A stretch of DNA of 64,000 bases from a bacterium (GCA_025355565.1 JANXZK010000010.1:6543-70542); one strand, 5' to 3'. Counted from the first letter of the stretch, positions 46,771 through 57,925 are shown. Numbers and translations are program-made. The notes: a model not told the origin generated them from the letters alone.

Positions 46771-48069
46771 ATGGACATATTACTTGGAATAATTGTGAAT
46801 AGATGGCATAATACGATCATGAATTCACTACGTGATGTGGTAACGCTATCAGTGCTATTTATGTCATTATATTTCGAGATATTCATGCTCATAACCTATT
46901 TTGAGCATAGGAAGAAGATCCGGGGTATCTCAAAGTCGGAATCGTCCCACCATAGCAGTTTGCCGACAGTTACGGTGATCGTTCCGTGTTTTAATGAAGA
47001 AAATACAGTAGGCAGAACGCTCGAATCTATATTCGCACTCGATTATCCTCGAGAAAAGCTGCATATCGTCGCCGTAAATGATGGTTCCAAAGACGGTACG
47101 ATGGCAGTATTGGAGAGTTTCAAACGATTTGCCAATTTCAGGGTGATAGATAAGGAAAATGGCGGCAAACATACAGCGCTAAATCTGGCGATCAGCCAAT
47201 GCGGTACGGAGTTTGTCGGTTGTCTCGACGCAGACTCATATGCAAAGCCTGATTCCCTGTTGCGACTCATCCAGCGATTCGATAAGCCGGATATCATGGC
47301 GGTGGTGCCGTCACTCCATGTATATTCTCCAAGAACTACCATTCAGAAAATACAGAAGGTTGAGTATTTGATCGGCGCATTTATGAGATCGATATTAGCG
47401 GAGTTGAATGCTATGTATGTTACACCGGGTCCTTTTTCTATATTCCGAAGAGAAGTATTTGATAAGGTTGGATTGTATAAAAAAGCCCACAATACTGAAG
47501 ACATGGAAATGGCTATGCGAATGCAATCGAAAGGCTTGAAGATCGCCAGCGCGCATGATGCCGTCGTTTTCACATCATCTCCGTATAATATTCGTAAGTT
47601 GTATAGACAGCGAGTGCGTTGGACATCAGGTTTTTTGCACAACGTTCGTGATTATAGGTATATGTTGTTCAATATGAATTATGGCAATATCGGCATGTTC
47701 GTCTTACCATTTATGATATTGTCGTCATTTAGTATCATCTTCGTGATCGCCACGATCGGTTATGACCTAGTAAACATGTTACATGCCTGGTATACGAGAT
47801 ATCAAGCTCTAGGATTGAGCATGTTTGAATTCACATGGCCATCATTCAATTGGTTCTTTATGCGGACGACCCCTATCATGTTTTGTGGTTTAGCGGCCAT
47901 CGCGGCCGTATTGATATTCATCGTCATTGGCTCCAGGATGTCATCAGGAAATCGCGCTAAGGTTATTGAAATTGTGAGCTATGTATGCTTATATTCATTC
48001 ATTGCTCCATGGTGGGTTGCTAGATCTATGTATAACGTCGTGTTCTCGAGACAGCTCTCATGGAGATAG
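46771..48069 (+). CDS. Processive GT2 glycosyltransferase (PgaC/IcaA-like); start at 46771 or 46819
   Basis: VPCFNEE, NDGS.D, NGGK, DADS, TED and QRVRW motifs; C-terminal TM helices. Confidence 0.9.
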   Translation: MDILLGIIVNRWHNTIMNSLRDVVTLSVLFMSLYFEIFMLITYFEHRKKIRGISKSESSHHSSLPTVTVIVPCFNEENTVGRTLESIFALDYPREKLHIVAVNDGSKDGTMAVLESFKRFANFRVIDKENGGKHTALNLAISQCGTEFVGCLDADSYAKPDSLLRLIQRFDKPDIMAVVPSLHVYSPRTTIQKIQKVEYLIGAFMRSILAELNAMYVTPGPFSIFRREVFDKVGLYKKAHNTEDMEMAMRMQSKGLKIASAHDAVVFTSSPYNIRKLYRQRVRWTSGFLHNVRDYRYMLFNMNYGNIGMFVLPFMILSSFSIIFVIATIGYDLVNMLHAWYTRYQALGLSMFEFTWPSFNWFFMRTTPIMFCGLAAIAAVLIFIVIGSRMSSGNRAKVIEIVSYVCLYSFIAPWWVARSMYNVVFSRQLSWR

Positions 48070-48074
48070 CCCAC

Positions 48075-48743
48075 ATGAATATCAATTGGAGAAAATACGC
48101 GGTTTCATTCATATTTACAGCTGCTATAGTGATAACAGCGCTTTTGATCAGTTCGTGGATAGACAGCCGCAGAGTTGATGAATTGCGCAACATTCAAGAT
48201 TCTATCTCGATAAATCTGTTATCAGCAGATATGCAGTTCAATCTACTGAAGGATGCCGCTTGCGGTGATCTATTCAATTCGGCTATCGGCGAAGAATTGG
48301 GTAATCTCTCTGATAAGCTCTCGTATATGGAGTCTATCGGTAAAGGTGGCGACCCGAGTGTAGTCACGTTAAAGAAATACTATTCGTTGCTAGAGATTCG
48401 AGATTACTTGCTCAGTAATTCTGCCGCATCAAAATGCCCAAAGAGACCGATCACTATCCTATATTTTTATCGATCTGACTGCCCTGATTGTGATCGTCAA
48501 GGTCAAGTGCTTACATATCTCCGTCAACATCACGCCGATATTCTTCGTGTATATTCATTTGATCATGGCCTCGATGTGTCCGCGGTGCGAACACTAGCTA
48601 ATATTTATAAAGTCGCCAGTCCCTTTCCGGCTGTTGTGATCAAGGGCAAGACTTTGAATGGATTTCATTCGATCGAAGATATTCAAAAGCTGTTGCCGGA
48701 ATTGATGGCGACGACGACTGCGGCTACTAGTACGAAAAAGTAG
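48075..48743 (+). CDS. Membrane-anchored protein with C-terminal thioredoxin-like fold
   Basis: TM anchor; ILYFY..DCPDC..QG.VL and cis-Pro-like FPAVVI motifs. Confidence 0.75.
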   Translation: MNINWRKYAVSFIFTAAIVITALLISSWIDSRRVDELRNIQDSISINLLSADMQFNLLKDAACGDLFNSAIGEELGNLSDKLSYMESIGKGGDPSVVTLKKYYSLLEIRDYLLSNSAASKCPKRPITILYFYRSDCPDCDRQGQVLTYLRQHHADILRVYSFDHGLDVSAVRTLANIYKVASPFPAVVIKGKTLNGFHSIEDIQKLLPELMATTTAATSTKK

Positions 48744-48786
48744 TCATCTGTTTGGACAAAGGAGTATATGAATGATTCATATTCAG

Positions 48787-48859
48787 AGCCACCTCCCAGA
48801 CTTGAACTGGGGACCTTCGCTTTACAAAAGCGTTGCTCTACCAACTGAGCTAAGGTGGC
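48787..48859 (-). tRNA. tRNA-Thr(TGT)
   Basis: GCCACCT/AGGTGGC acceptor; CGCT-TTTGTAA-AGCG; GTTCAAGT. Confidence 0.92.
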
Positions 48860-48861
48860 GT

Positions 48862-49236
48862 CTATCTCTCCCCGATCCTTCTCAAATAGAACGATGCTCC
48901 ATGATCCTTCACTTCTCCTCTGCCCCGTACCGCGTCGATCAACTTTCTACCATGAGGCGTAGAGATGAATCTATGCTTGATCTCAACGTACACATTTCGT
49001 GTCTTTTTAAGCATATGAAACGCGATCCAGTGAGCGATGGCGATGAACGTATGTTTGTTGATGTATGAGACAAATCGGCGGATCGCACTGAAGACTGTCT
49101 GAAATATGTGATCTGTGCCTCGTCCCAAGCGGCTGACTAAGGTCGGTCTACCAGTTTTGACCTCATGACGCTTGAGTAGGAGCATAGTGATCGAGCCTAT
49201 AAGGGAGATGTAGAAGATTGTTATAAGTGAGTACAT
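48862..49236 (-). CDS. Hypothetical membrane protein
   Basis: N-terminal TM helix and basic amphipathic body; ends ASFYLRRI; lies downstream of tsf. Confidence 0.7.
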   Translation of the reverse strand: MYSLITIFYISLIGSITMLLLKRHEVKTGRPTLVSRLGRGTDHIFQTVFSAIRRFVSYINKHTFIAIAHWIAFHMLKKTRNVYVEIKHRFISTPHGRKLIDAVRGRGEVKDHGASFYLRRIGER

Positions 49237-49266
49237 GGTAATATACTTTATAGCGTATACTTCATA

Positions 49267-49881
49267 CTATTCTAGTATCTTGAACCGCTTGAACCTGCCA
49301 ACCGCCATCTTCTCGCCGAATTTCTGGACGGCCTGGTCGATGAGTTGCTGTACTGTGATCTCGCCGTTCTTGATGTATGGCTGATCCATGAGGACCATCT
49401 CAGCGAAGTACGCATTCAGTTTACCATCTAATATGGTCTTGCGCACTGCCTCCGGTTTACCCTTCACCTCGGCCTCAAATACCTCCTTGGCTGCCTTTTT
49501 GTCCTCATCTGTGACATCTTCCTTACGCAAGAATTTTGGGTTAGTAGCAGTCACGTGCATGGCTATATTTCTAGCCATAGCGATGAATTCTTCATTGCCG
49601 GAAACAAAGTCGCTCTCACAGTTGAGTTCGATGATCGTGCCAACGTTCCCGTTCGCATGGATATACGCCTGGATTGTGCCAGCTTTGAACACGCGGTCGC
49701 CTTTCTTGGCGCTGATCTCACCTGATTTCTTCTGAAGGATGACGACAGCTTTCTTCATGTCACCTCCTGCTTCCTCGAGAGCTTTCTTGCATTGCATGAT
49801 CGAGATGCCTGTCTGATCGCGGAGCTCCTTGATGAGTTCCGTTGTGATAGCTATTGCTTTTGTTTCTGTTTTTGAAGACAT
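49267..49881 (-). CDS. tsf: Elongation factor Ts (short form)
   Basis: IKELR..TG....CKKAL, ELNCESDFV and IAMHV motifs. Confidence 0.95.
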   Translation of the reverse strand: MSSKTETKAIAITTELIKELRDQTGISIMQCKKALEEAGGDMKKAVVILQKKSGEISAKKGDRVFKAGTIQAYIHANGNVGTIIELNCESDFVSGNEEFIAMARNIAMHVTATNPKFLRKEDVTDEDKKAAKEVFEAEVKGKPEAVRKTILDGKLNAYFAEMVLMDQPYIKNGEITVQQLIDQAVQKFGEKMAVGRFKRFKILE

Positions 49882-49901
49882 TTTAATTTTCTGACAAGAC
49901 T

Positions 49902-50603
49902 TTAGACCTTGACTTGTTTGCCGGCTTGATAGGCTGCAGAAATCTCTGATAGGAAGTATTGGATGCTGGTCTTTGAGCTGTCATTGCCGACTATCGGGTA
50001 TTTGATGCCGTCAATATTGCAATCAGAGCTAGACAATGCGATAACAGGAATATTGAAGTCCGTCGCTTCCTTCAGGGCGATCTTTTCTTTCTTTGGGTCG
50101 ATCACAAATACCGCGTCTGGTGCCTTTTTCAGTGAGATGATGCCAAAGAACATCTTTTCGAGTGACGCGATCTCTTTGTCTATGAGCATCCTCTCTCGCT
50201 TGGTATATTTGGCCAGCTCGCCCTTTTCCTTGTCTGTCGTCAATTTTTCATATCTCTCTATGCGTTTCCTGATCTGTCCGAAATTAGAGATGCTTCCTCC
50301 GATCCATCTTCCGTCTACGTAAGGCATATTGAGTGATTGAGCGGTATTCTTTGTGCTCTGTGAGGCCTCCTTCTTGCCACCGACGAATAATATAACCTTA
50401 CCTTCTTTGGCGAGCGTTGTGACAAATGCCCTTGCCTTAGCGAGCAATGTCTCCGTTTTTTCCAAGTCAAATATATCCGTATCGTTCTTTGTGCCGAAAA
50501 TAAACGGCGCAACTGTCGGATGTCTACGCGAACGTCCTAAACCGAAGTGTGCCCCAGCCGAAAACATAGAATCGATGCTTTTTTTGGTATCCATATGTGC
50601 CAT
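49902..50603 (-). CDS. rpsB: 30S ribosomal protein S2
   Basis: AGAHFG, RWIGG..SN and GND motifs; upstream of tsf. Confidence 0.96.
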   Translation of the reverse strand: MAHMDTKKSIDSMFSAGAHFGLGRSRRHPTVAPFIFGTKNDTDIFDLEKTETLLAKARAFVTTLAKEGKVILFVGGKKEASQSTKNTAQSLNMPYVDGRWIGGSISNFGQIRKRIERYEKLTTDKEKGELAKYTKRERMLIDKEIASLEKMFFGIISLKKAPDAVFVIDPKKEKIALKEATDFNIPVIALSSSDCNIDGIKYPIVGNDSSKTSIQYFLSEISAAYQAGKQVKV

Positions 50604-50711
50604 TTAGACTATCAAAATGCGACCTGGAAGTCAAATCCTGTTGACGATCCTGCGTGTTGATAACTTCACGTGGATAACTAATAACCACTCTCACCTGATC
50701 CCCCGAATCAA

Positions 50712-51809
50712 CTACTTCCTATATTTCGAAACATTTGCCACCATTCCGGCGGTCATGAGAGTTATGATGAGTGCCGTGCCGCCGTGTGAGACGAATAGCA
50801 AGGGCACTCCTGAGAGCGGTATTAGCCCTAGCATTGCCGCCATATTCATGAATGATTCGACTATGACGAGAACAGCCACTCCGATCGCTAAAAGACCGCC
50901 AAATATATCCTCCGCTCTATTCCCTATACGGAAGGCGCTGGCCGCAAACAGCAGATAGAATGCGAGAAGTATGCAGCTACCGATGAACCCAAATTCCTCG
51001 GCGGCAACGGCAAATATGGAATCATCCGTAGGTTGCGGTAAATAGCCAAATTTCTGCACGCTTTGTCCAAATCCTCGACCTGTCCACTGTCCTGAACCTA
51101 TGGCGATAAGTGACTGATTGATCTGGTAACCGGAACCTTGAGCATCAGCACCAACATTCAGGTAGGTTTTGACACGCTGTAAAGCATACGGCCTCGATAT
51201 AACCACACCGGCAACCAGCACAGCGAGTAAAACTACCCCGATCAACATGTGCCTCAACTTTACTCCGCCGACTAGCAACATGATGAGTCCGGTAAAAGCG
51301 ATGATAACCAGAGTATCAGTATCGGATTGGACGAGAAGGACGGTGCTCAGAATTCCTGTGATGATGATATAAGGTATAAGACCAAATTTGACAGTTTTTA
51401 GTTTATCACCGACGAATTGCGCCCATGCCGCGATGTAGATGATGAAGGCGATCTTTAGCAGTTCTGATGGTTGGAATGATAAGAATCCAAACTGGAGCCA
51501 TCTCGATGCTCCATTATAGTGGAACGTCAAGCTTGGAATGAAAAGCAAAAGGTTTACGGCGAGAGCACCTAGAAATATGAACAACGCGGACTTGCGAAGC
51601 CAGGTGTATTTGACGCGTGAGAATATGAAGAAAAAAACAATACCTATGAGTAGGCTGACAGCTTGCTTAGCCGCTACTGTGCCAAAACTCGCTCCACTCT
51701 GGACGAGGAGACCGAGTGAGGCTGACAGGAATATCACGAATCCAGCTACAGTGAGCGTGATGACTGAAATGAGAAAGAAACGATCTATTTTACTACGGCT
51801 GTGGGACAT
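50712..51809 (-). CDS. ftsW: SEDS family peptidoglycan polymerase FtsW
   Basis: GASRW, FQPSE..K, GYQ..QS, TD.IF....EE.G and SHGGT motifs. Confidence 0.9.
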   Translation of the reverse strand: MSHSRSKIDRFFLISVITLTVAGFVIFLSASLGLLVQSGASFGTVAAKQAVSLLIGIVFFFIFSRVKYTWLRKSALFIFLGALAVNLLLFIPSLTFHYNGASRWLQFGFLSFQPSELLKIAFIIYIAAWAQFVGDKLKTVKFGLIPYIIITGILSTVLLVQSDTDTLVIIAFTGLIMLLVGGVKLRHMLIGVVLLAVLVAGVVISRPYALQRVKTYLNVGADAQGSGYQINQSLIAIGSGQWTGRGFGQSVQKFGYLPQPTDDSIFAVAAEEFGFIGSCILLAFYLLFAASAFRIGNRAEDIFGGLLAIGVAVLVIVESFMNMAAMLGLIPLSGVPLLFVSHGGTALIITLMTAGMVANVSKYRK

Positions 51810-52416
51810 TTTTGTTGGCTACTGATACTTCATCACTCGCTGATTTGGATCCTTCCTGGTGACCCTTAAATGTCTCTATCTCATTCCTGACTGACGCATA
51901 TTCTGGTAGATCCTCTATCTTTGATAGACCGAGATGAGATAGTAGATCTATCGTAGACTTGTACAAAAAACTTCTGGCATCTTTTGGATTGTCGACCCTT
52001 TCGATGAGACCGCGAATCAATAGATTTCGTACGATGAATTGAGAATTTACGCCTCGAATATAGTCGATCTCGGCACGTGAGAGCGGGCCTTGATAGAGGA
52101 TGATCGACAATGTCTCCAATCCTGCTTTGCCAAGATCGCGAGCCAGCTCGTCCTTCGTCAGTTTTTCGATTAGTGGTGAAAGTTCCTTGGCAGTTCCGAG
52201 CATTACTTCGTCGTCTGTTTGGACTAGAGTAAGGCCGCTGTCACGTAACGTGATCTCCAATTCAGATAACCCACTTCTCACAGTCGATATGTTGAGTGCT
52301 AACAATTCAGCAAGCTTCTTATATGTTACTGGCTCCGCCTTCCAAAATAATATCGCCTCCAGGCGTGATGACAATTTCACAGAAGAATTTTCAAGTGGTT
52401 TATCTGCGGGATTCAT
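51793..52416 (-). CDS. scpB: Segregation/condensation protein B
   Basis: LEAILF, LETLSII.Y..P.SRAEIDYIRGVNS and LP motifs. Confidence 0.94.
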   Translation of the reverse strand: MNPADKPLENSSVKLSSRLEAILFWKAEPVTYKKLAELLALNISTVRSGLSELEITLRDSGLTLVQTDDEVMLGTAKELSPLIEKLTKDELARDLGKAGLETLSIILYQGPLSRAEIDYIRGVNSQFIVRNLLIRGLIERVDNPKDARSFLYKSTIDLLSHLGLSKIEDLPEYASVRNEIETFKGHQEGSKSASDEVSVANKNVPQP

Positions 52417-52457
52417 GAGTGTAAGTATAGTGGAAAATCGGGTCAATTGGAATTCGA

Positions 52458-53180
52458 CTAATATCGTGGCACGGCTACATCTTTCGTCTCCATCTGTATG
52501 TCACCAAAGATAGACTCTTGAGATACATGCATTATTCCCTCTTTTACCAACTCTAGCATAGCCAGAAAACTGACGATGACATTGACACGAGTCGCTCTAT
52601 GCTCTTTTGTGAACTCCTTGAAGCTCATACGCAGGCTACTCGTTATACGTGTGGTCAATGTTCCTATCATCTCATCGATGCTCACGACCTTCTCTACGAC
52701 ATGTTTCGGCAATTTTTCCGTTTTTGGAAGTCGCTCGATCAGATCTCTCAATGTATCGAGCGCTTTTATCAAAGTAAATTCCGGGGCGGGAGTAAATACC
52801 TGGCGGATCGGCGCAGATCGAGATCGTGCAAAGATCACATCAGTACCGAATAATTCGGCGACATGCATGCTCACCTCCTTTATCCGCTTGAATATCGTTA
52901 ACCTTGTCTCCAGATCCTTGATGTCTCCTTGTTCATCCTCTGATAGAGTCAAACTAGGAAGCAATGATTTTGACTTGATCAGGAGCAATGTTGATGCTAT
53001 CAGGATGAAATGTGCCGACTCGCCCATAGGCATCGCCTCGAATTGACGGATATGGCCGATGAAATCATCAGTCACTTTGGCCAATGATATATCGCTGATA
53101 AACAATTTATGCTTCTCGATGAGATCCAGAAGTAGATCCAGCGGACCTTCGAACGCTTGTGTTTTTATAGTAAATGACAC
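52458..53180 (-). CDS. scpA: Segregation/condensation protein A
   Basis: FEGPLDLLL.LI, IKSK.LLP and FLAMLEL motifs. Confidence 0.94.
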   Translation of the reverse strand: MSFTIKTQAFEGPLDLLLDLIEKHKLFISDISLAKVTDDFIGHIRQFEAMPMGESAHFILIASTLLLIKSKSLLPSLTLSEDEQGDIKDLETRLTIFKRIKEVSMHVAELFGTDVIFARSRSAPIRQVFTPAPEFTLIKALDTLRDLIERLPKTEKLPKHVVEKVVSIDEMIGTLTTRITSSLRMSFKEFTKEHRATRVNVIVSFLAMLELVKEGIMHVSQESIFGDIQMETKDVAVPRY

Positions 53181-53223
53181 GAAATAGAATTCAAATTATT
53201 CTGATTGACCAAATTTCAAAAGT

Positions 53224-54189
53224 TTACAATACCCCGATGGCTTCTTTGACCGCTATCAATTTCTTTGAGGCTACCTTTTCAGCCCTCTCCGCGCCATCTT
53301 TCAATATTTCTATGACCTTATCAGTATCCTTGGTCAATTCAGCTCGTCTTTCTCGCAGAGGTCTCACAAAAACATCGATATCCTCGATCAACATCTCCTT
53401 CGAGATCTTGTACTTGCCTATATTGGCTTCATATATCGGTTTCAGATCCTTTTCATCTTTGAACAATTTGTGCATAGCGTAAACATTCGCTGGAATACCA
53501 TTAGTTGGTGTACCACCCGAATCAGTGACTATGCCCATGACTGCTTTCACGATCTCTTCACGAGTCGCAAAAAGTGGAATGGTATTGTTATAGCTTTTTG
53601 ACATCTTCCGACCGTCTGTGCCTGGAACTGTCGCAACATTCGGCAGGATGATCGGCTCAGGAATTTTGAAAATCTCTTTTTTGAATATATTGTTGAATTT
53701 GAGTGCGATATCACGCGCATATTCTACATGTTGTTTTTGATCCTGACCAACCGGCACGACATCCGTATCGTAGAGCAGGATATCCGCCGCCATGAGGACA
53801 GGATAATTGAATGTACCAACATTGATCTCTCTGTTCTTTGCCTCGGCATCCTTGTATGCATGAGCGCGCATGAGATACGGCATCGTGACGATCGTATCAA
53901 ATATCCATGATAGCTCAGTGTGAGCTGACACATCTGACTGTTTGAAGATCACCGCTTTCTCCGGATCTAGTCCGAGTGCTAGATAGTCGATAGCTAGGTT
54001 CAGAATGTTCTGCTTCATCTCTGCTTCGTTCTGTATGAGATTCAACGCATGATAATCTGCGATAAAAAAGTAACACTGATAATCATCAGATCTAAATAGA
54101 TCGACAAACTGTTTCATGGCACCGAAATAGTTTCCAATATGTGGACGACCTGTTGGTTTGACTCCTGAGAGTAGTATTTTCTTGGACAT
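53224..54189 (-). CDS. trpS: Tryptophan--tRNA ligase
   Basis: HIGNY.GA, YPVLMAADIL, VG.DQ.QH and KMSKS motifs. Confidence 0.97.
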   Translation of the reverse strand: MSKKILLSGVKPTGRPHIGNYFGAMKQFVDLFRSDDYQCYFFIADYHALNLIQNEAEMKQNILNLAIDYLALGLDPEKAVIFKQSDVSAHTELSWIFDTIVTMPYLMRAHAYKDAEAKNREINVGTFNYPVLMAADILLYDTDVVPVGQDQKQHVEYARDIALKFNNIFKKEIFKIPEPIILPNVATVPGTDGRKMSKSYNNTIPLFATREEIVKAVMGIVTDSGGTPTNGIPANVYAMHKLFKDEKDLKPIYEANIGKYKISKEMLIEDIDVFVRPLRERRAELTKDTDKVIEILKDGAERAEKVASKKLIAVKEAIGVL

Positions 54190-54224
54190 ACCTTAATGAT
54201 ACCAAATAATCTATAGTACTTTCA

Positions 54225-54261
54225 AGCGATATCTCTCGGTATTTTCTCAAAGGATGAGTGA
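54225..54261 (+). repeat. Partial copy of the 44422 element arm
   Basis: ATCTCTCGGTATTTTCTCAAAGGATGAGTGA vs 44472 ATCTCTCGGCATTTTCTCAAAGGAT. Confidence 0.75.
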
Positions 54262-55203
54262 TCAAAGGCCTTCAGATTTGAGGCCATCTATCAATCTTTG
54301 CGCCTCTTTCGATAGTTTTTTTGGCATAGTTACATGAGTGACGATCAACAAATCTCCGCGTCTACCTCCTGTTCCGAAGATTCCACCGGTTTGTTCATAT
54401 GGAACGCCTTTTCCTTTGACTCGCAATATCTCACCATGAGATGTCCCGGCTTGGACCTTGAGATCTATCTGGCCATCTAATGTGTCTAGTGTAATAACAC
54501 CGCCTAAAAGAGCCATGGTCAGTTTTATCGATAATTCCATGACCAGATTGATCCCCTCTTTACGGAATACCGGGTGATCCTTCACCCAAGCTCGGACAAT
54601 GAGATCACCTCTCCCACCAGCGCCTTCCTCTCCTTTGCCACTGACTCTCAATCCTTGGCCATTCTCTATGCCAGCCGGTATCTTTACCGCTAGCTTTTCT
54701 TTGTTTATCGAAATCTCCTTTTCCACACCAAAGATCGCTTCTTTGAATGATAGCTCGATATCGACCGTGATGTTCTTGCCTTTTCGTTGGCGACGTCCTC
54801 TACCACCTCCACCAAAAAATTCGCCGAATATGTCGCCTAAATCAAATTCAACGCCACCTTGTGAAAAATTAAATCCACCACCATTTTGAAAACCCGAAAA
54901 ATCAAACCCGCCAAATCCTTGACTACCATTAAATCCCTGCCCACCGTGAAAGCCTCCAAACCCGCTTCCACCAGGCGCGCCAGCACCAACTCCATTTGCA
55001 CCGAACATGTCATACTGTTTGCGTTTACCTTCGTCAGATAGCACCGAATATGCCTCGCTCGCCTCTTTAAATTTCTGCGAAGATACAGGATCATTCTTGT
55101 TCTTATCAGGATGATGTTCGTGCGCGAGTTTTCTGAACGCTCTTTTTATGTCGTCTTGTGACGCGTTCTTCTCTACACCTAATGTTTTATAGTAGTCTTT
55201 CAT
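54262..55203 (-). CDS. dnaJ: DnaJ co-chaperone without zinc finger (class B)
   Basis: J domain with HPD, G/F-rich region, no CxxCxGxG repeats, C-terminal domain present. Confidence 0.9.
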   Translation of the reverse strand: MKDYYKTLGVEKNASQDDIKRAFRKLAHEHHPDKNKNDPVSSQKFKEASEAYSVLSDEGKRKQYDMFGANGVGAGAPGGSGFGGFHGGQGFNGSQGFGGFDFSGFQNGGGFNFSQGGVEFDLGDIFGEFFGGGGRGRRQRKGKNITVDIELSFKEAIFGVEKEISINKEKLAVKIPAGIENGQGLRVSGKGEEGAGGRGDLIVRAWVKDHPVFRKEGINLVMELSIKLTMALLGGVITLDTLDGQIDLKVQAGTSHGEILRVKGKGVPYEQTGGIFGTGGRRGDLLIVTHVTMPKKLSKEAQRLIDGLKSEGL

Positions 55204-55261
55204 TGAATTTGTCTAGGTCAGACCTCGACGATCTGTATAGACGAGGCCTATACATCGCAAG

Positions 55262-55291
55262 TTGACAGCAATTATAATACCATGGTAATCT
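55262..55291 (+). promoter_or_regulatory. Sigma70 promoter
   Basis: TTGACA-N18-TAATCT with TG extension. Confidence 0.6.
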
Positions 55292-55395
55292 GATTTTGGG
55301 TAGTAATGAGGAGTTGGAACTTCTCCATATGAGAGCCGTATAAGCTCCATATGTCTGAACCTTGAGTAATAAACAACAAGATAGAACGAAATCAT

Positions 55396-55695
55396 ATGAC
55401 CATTGAACAAGAATTACGAATTGAAACGTGTCACCTCTATAACGGATTAATGGCGGCGGTGAGTGAAGGCGTCGAAGCTTGGCTTCGGCAAAGGAAGACC
55501 TCTGTGCCACGCATCACCATCGTAATCACGGACATTTTACGGGTCGCAAACAATGCCATCAGGACATATGACGCGGTAATCATGCTCAGTTCTCAACCTG
55601 AAACAATTACTCGAGGAGTGAGGGTCGCCTCCCCGTACTCTCGTCACGAAATCTCGAGCATCGTTCTCGAAGCACTCTTGGCAAAGTACCCTTAA
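55396..55695 (+). CDS. Hypothetical protein (99 aa) inserted antisense between dnaK and dnaJ
   Basis: Has its own promoter and a terminator at 55734-55768. Confidence 0.6.
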   Translation: MTIEQELRIETCHLYNGLMAAVSEGVEAWLRQRKTSVPRITIVITDILRVANNAIRTYDAVIMLSSQPETITRGVRVASPYSRHEISSIVLEALLAKYP

Positions 55696-55733
55696 CTTTT
55701 TGACTTTGTACAAATCAACTAATTTGTCCCGCC

Positions 55734-55768
55734 GCCGACCACCCACCTATGGGAGGTCGGCTTTTTTT
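55734..55768 (+). terminator. Intrinsic terminator
   Basis: GCCGACC-a-CCCA..TGGG-a-GGTCGGC-TTTTTTT. Confidence 0.8.
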
Positions 55769-55863
55769 GTTTTCAGGGCACTTCCCTTAGGTGAAGTGAA
55801 GGAAAATTGATGATCTAATGACGAACCCCATTACATATCCGCCCTGAAATCCGTACTGTTCCT

Positions 55864-57795
55864 CTATTTCTTCTCTTTGAACTCTGCATCCTTCACATTA
55901 CCATCATTGCCAGTTGCTGGACCATTACCATCTGGACCGCCTGCGCTGGGACCACCAGATTGACCAGCCCCAGCCCCTCCGCCATCGCCAGGAGGAGTCT
56001 GATTCATATATTGTCCTATCTTCTGGATCTCGGTACTCAAAGCCTCGGTGGTCTTTTTTATCGCCACAACATCAGCTTTATCCTTTACCAATTTCAGATC
56101 AGCAATCTTGTCTTCGATACCTTTTCTAAGATCTGCGGGGACTTTCTCGCCGGCATCCTTCAGGGCTTTTTCAGATGTATATATGAGTTGTTCAGAAATA
56201 TTTTTTGCTTCGACAGCTTCATGCTTGGCTTTATCTTCAGCCTCATGAGTGGCCGCTTCATTCTTCATCTTTTCCACTTCATCTTTTGAGAGTCCCGAAG
56301 AAGCTGTGATCTTGATCGAATTCGCTTTACCTGACGCTTTATCTTTGGCCGTTACATTCAATATACCATTAGCATCAATATCAAATGTGACCTCGACCTG
56401 AGGCACACCACGTGGCGATGGTGGTATTCCATCTAAGATAAATCTACCGAGTGACTTGTTATCAGCCGACATGGCTCTCTCACCTTGAGAGATATGGATT
56501 TCTACTGATGTCTGATTGTCAGCCGCAGTTGAAAATATCTGTGATCGCTGAGTAGGAACTGTCGTGTTCTTCTCTATCAATTTCGTCGCGACTCCACCGA
56601 GTGTTTCGATTCCTAGAGAGAGTGGGATTACGTCCAAGAGTAGTATGTCTCGAACTTCACCACCCAATATCCCGCCTTGAATAGCGGCGCCCACCGCAAC
56701 CACCTCGTCGGGATTCACTCCCATGTGAGGATCTTTTCCGAAAAACAGTTTGACTGCATTTTGCATAGCTGGCATACGCGTTTGACCACCAACTAGGACA
56801 ACTTCATTGATTTCGCCAACTTTGAATGGAGACGCTTCGATGGCGCGTTTTGTTATCATCATTGCTCGATCGATAAACTCTTTACACATCTCTTCTAACA
56901 TCGCCCGCGTTATCGTGACGAGCAAGTGTTTTGGTCCATCCGCGCCAGATGTCACGAACGGAATGTTGATCTCCGTCTGCATCGCTGTTGAGAGCTCGAT
57001 CTTTGCCTTCTCAGCCGCTTCGTCTAGGCGCTGCAAGGCCAGCGCGTCAGACTTCAAGTCTATGCCGTTCTCTTTCTTGAATGTATCTGCCAGCCAATTG
57101 ACGATCTTGGCATCGATATCGCGTCCGCCGAGGTGTGAGTCGCCATCTGTAGACTTTACTTCGATCGTGTCGCCTCCGACATCGAGTACGGATATGTCAA
57201 ATGTTCCGCCTCCAAAGTCAAATACGGCGATCTTCTCATCTTTCTTCTTGTTGAATCCGTACGCGAGCGCTGCCGCAGTCGGTTCGTTGATTATCCTCTT
57301 TACATCGAGTCCAGCGATCTTTCCAGCATCTCTGGTTGCCGCGCGCTGTGAATCATTGAAGTATGCCGGAACCGTGATCACCGCTTCTGTGATCTTTTCA
57401 CCGAGGCGCGTCTCCGCGTCATTCTTCAATTTCTGCAGGATCATGGCTGACACTTCTTCTGGTCGTAGCCATTTTCCGGACATATTCACCTCGATACCGC
57501 CCGTTGCGGACTTTCGCACATCGAATGAGACGTTCTTGATATCTTTTTGTACCTCTGGATCATCAAAGTTATGACCCATGAAGCGTTTGATCTGAAAGAT
57601 CGTATTTTTTGGATTCGTGACCGCCTGACGTTTGGCAAGCAATCCGACGAGTCTCTCGCCTGTTTTTGATTGGGCGACTATAGAAGGTGTCGTACGCGCA
57701 CCCTCTGCATTTTCTAGGACTCTCGGTGTTCCCGCTTCCATGACGGCTACTGCCGAGAAGGTGGTTCCGAGGTCTATTCCGATAATTTTAGACAT
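55864..57795 (-). CDS. dnaK: Chaperone DnaK
   Basis: [32 protein letters not shown] and LLLDV motifs. Confidence 0.99.
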   Translation of the reverse strand: MSKIIGIDLGTTFSAVAVMEAGTPRVLENAEGARTTPSIVAQSKTGERLVGLLAKRQAVTNPKNTIFQIKRFMGHNFDDPEVQKDIKNVSFDVRKSATGGIEVNMSGKWLRPEEVSAMILQKLKNDAETRLGEKITEAVITVPAYFNDSQRAATRDAGKIAGLDVKRIINEPTAAALAYGFNKKKDEKIAVFDFGGGTFDISVLDVGGDTIEVKSTDGDSHLGGRDIDAKIVNWLADTFKKENGIDLKSDALALQRLDEAAEKAKIELSTAMQTEINIPFVTSGADGPKHLLVTITRAMLEEMCKEFIDRAMMITKRAIEASPFKVGEINEVVLVGGQTRMPAMQNAVKLFFGKDPHMGVNPDEVVAVGAAIQGGILGGEVRDILLLDVIPLSLGIETLGGVATKLIEKNTTVPTQRSQIFSTAADNQTSVEIHISQGERAMSADNKSLGRFILDGIPPSPRGVPQVEVTFDIDANGILNVTAKDKASGKANSIKITASSGLSKDEVEKMKNEAATHEAEDKAKHEAVEAKNISEQLIYTSEKALKDAGEKVPADLRKGIEDKIADLKLVKDKADVVAIKKTTEALSTEIQKIGQYMNQTPPGDGGGAGAGQSGGPSAGGPDGNGPATGNDGNVKDAEFKEKK

Positions 57796-57925
57796 GTTTG
57801 GTTAGTTAATTTTTGGTAATTGACAAGAAACAACATTCGTCCAGCTCATGCGCGCACCTCGCGAACACAACGTTCGCGAGCTTTTTATTCTAGAATTTAA
57901 TGAGCAAATCCTTCGCACAAGCCTA

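Noticed and set aside
50655-50680. oriC from DnaA-box-like sequences (TGTTGATAA, GTGGATAA; similar single boxes near 7798, 35422 and 42600)
   Set aside because: Only one or two imperfect boxes per site, a short spacer, no dnaA and no strand switch.
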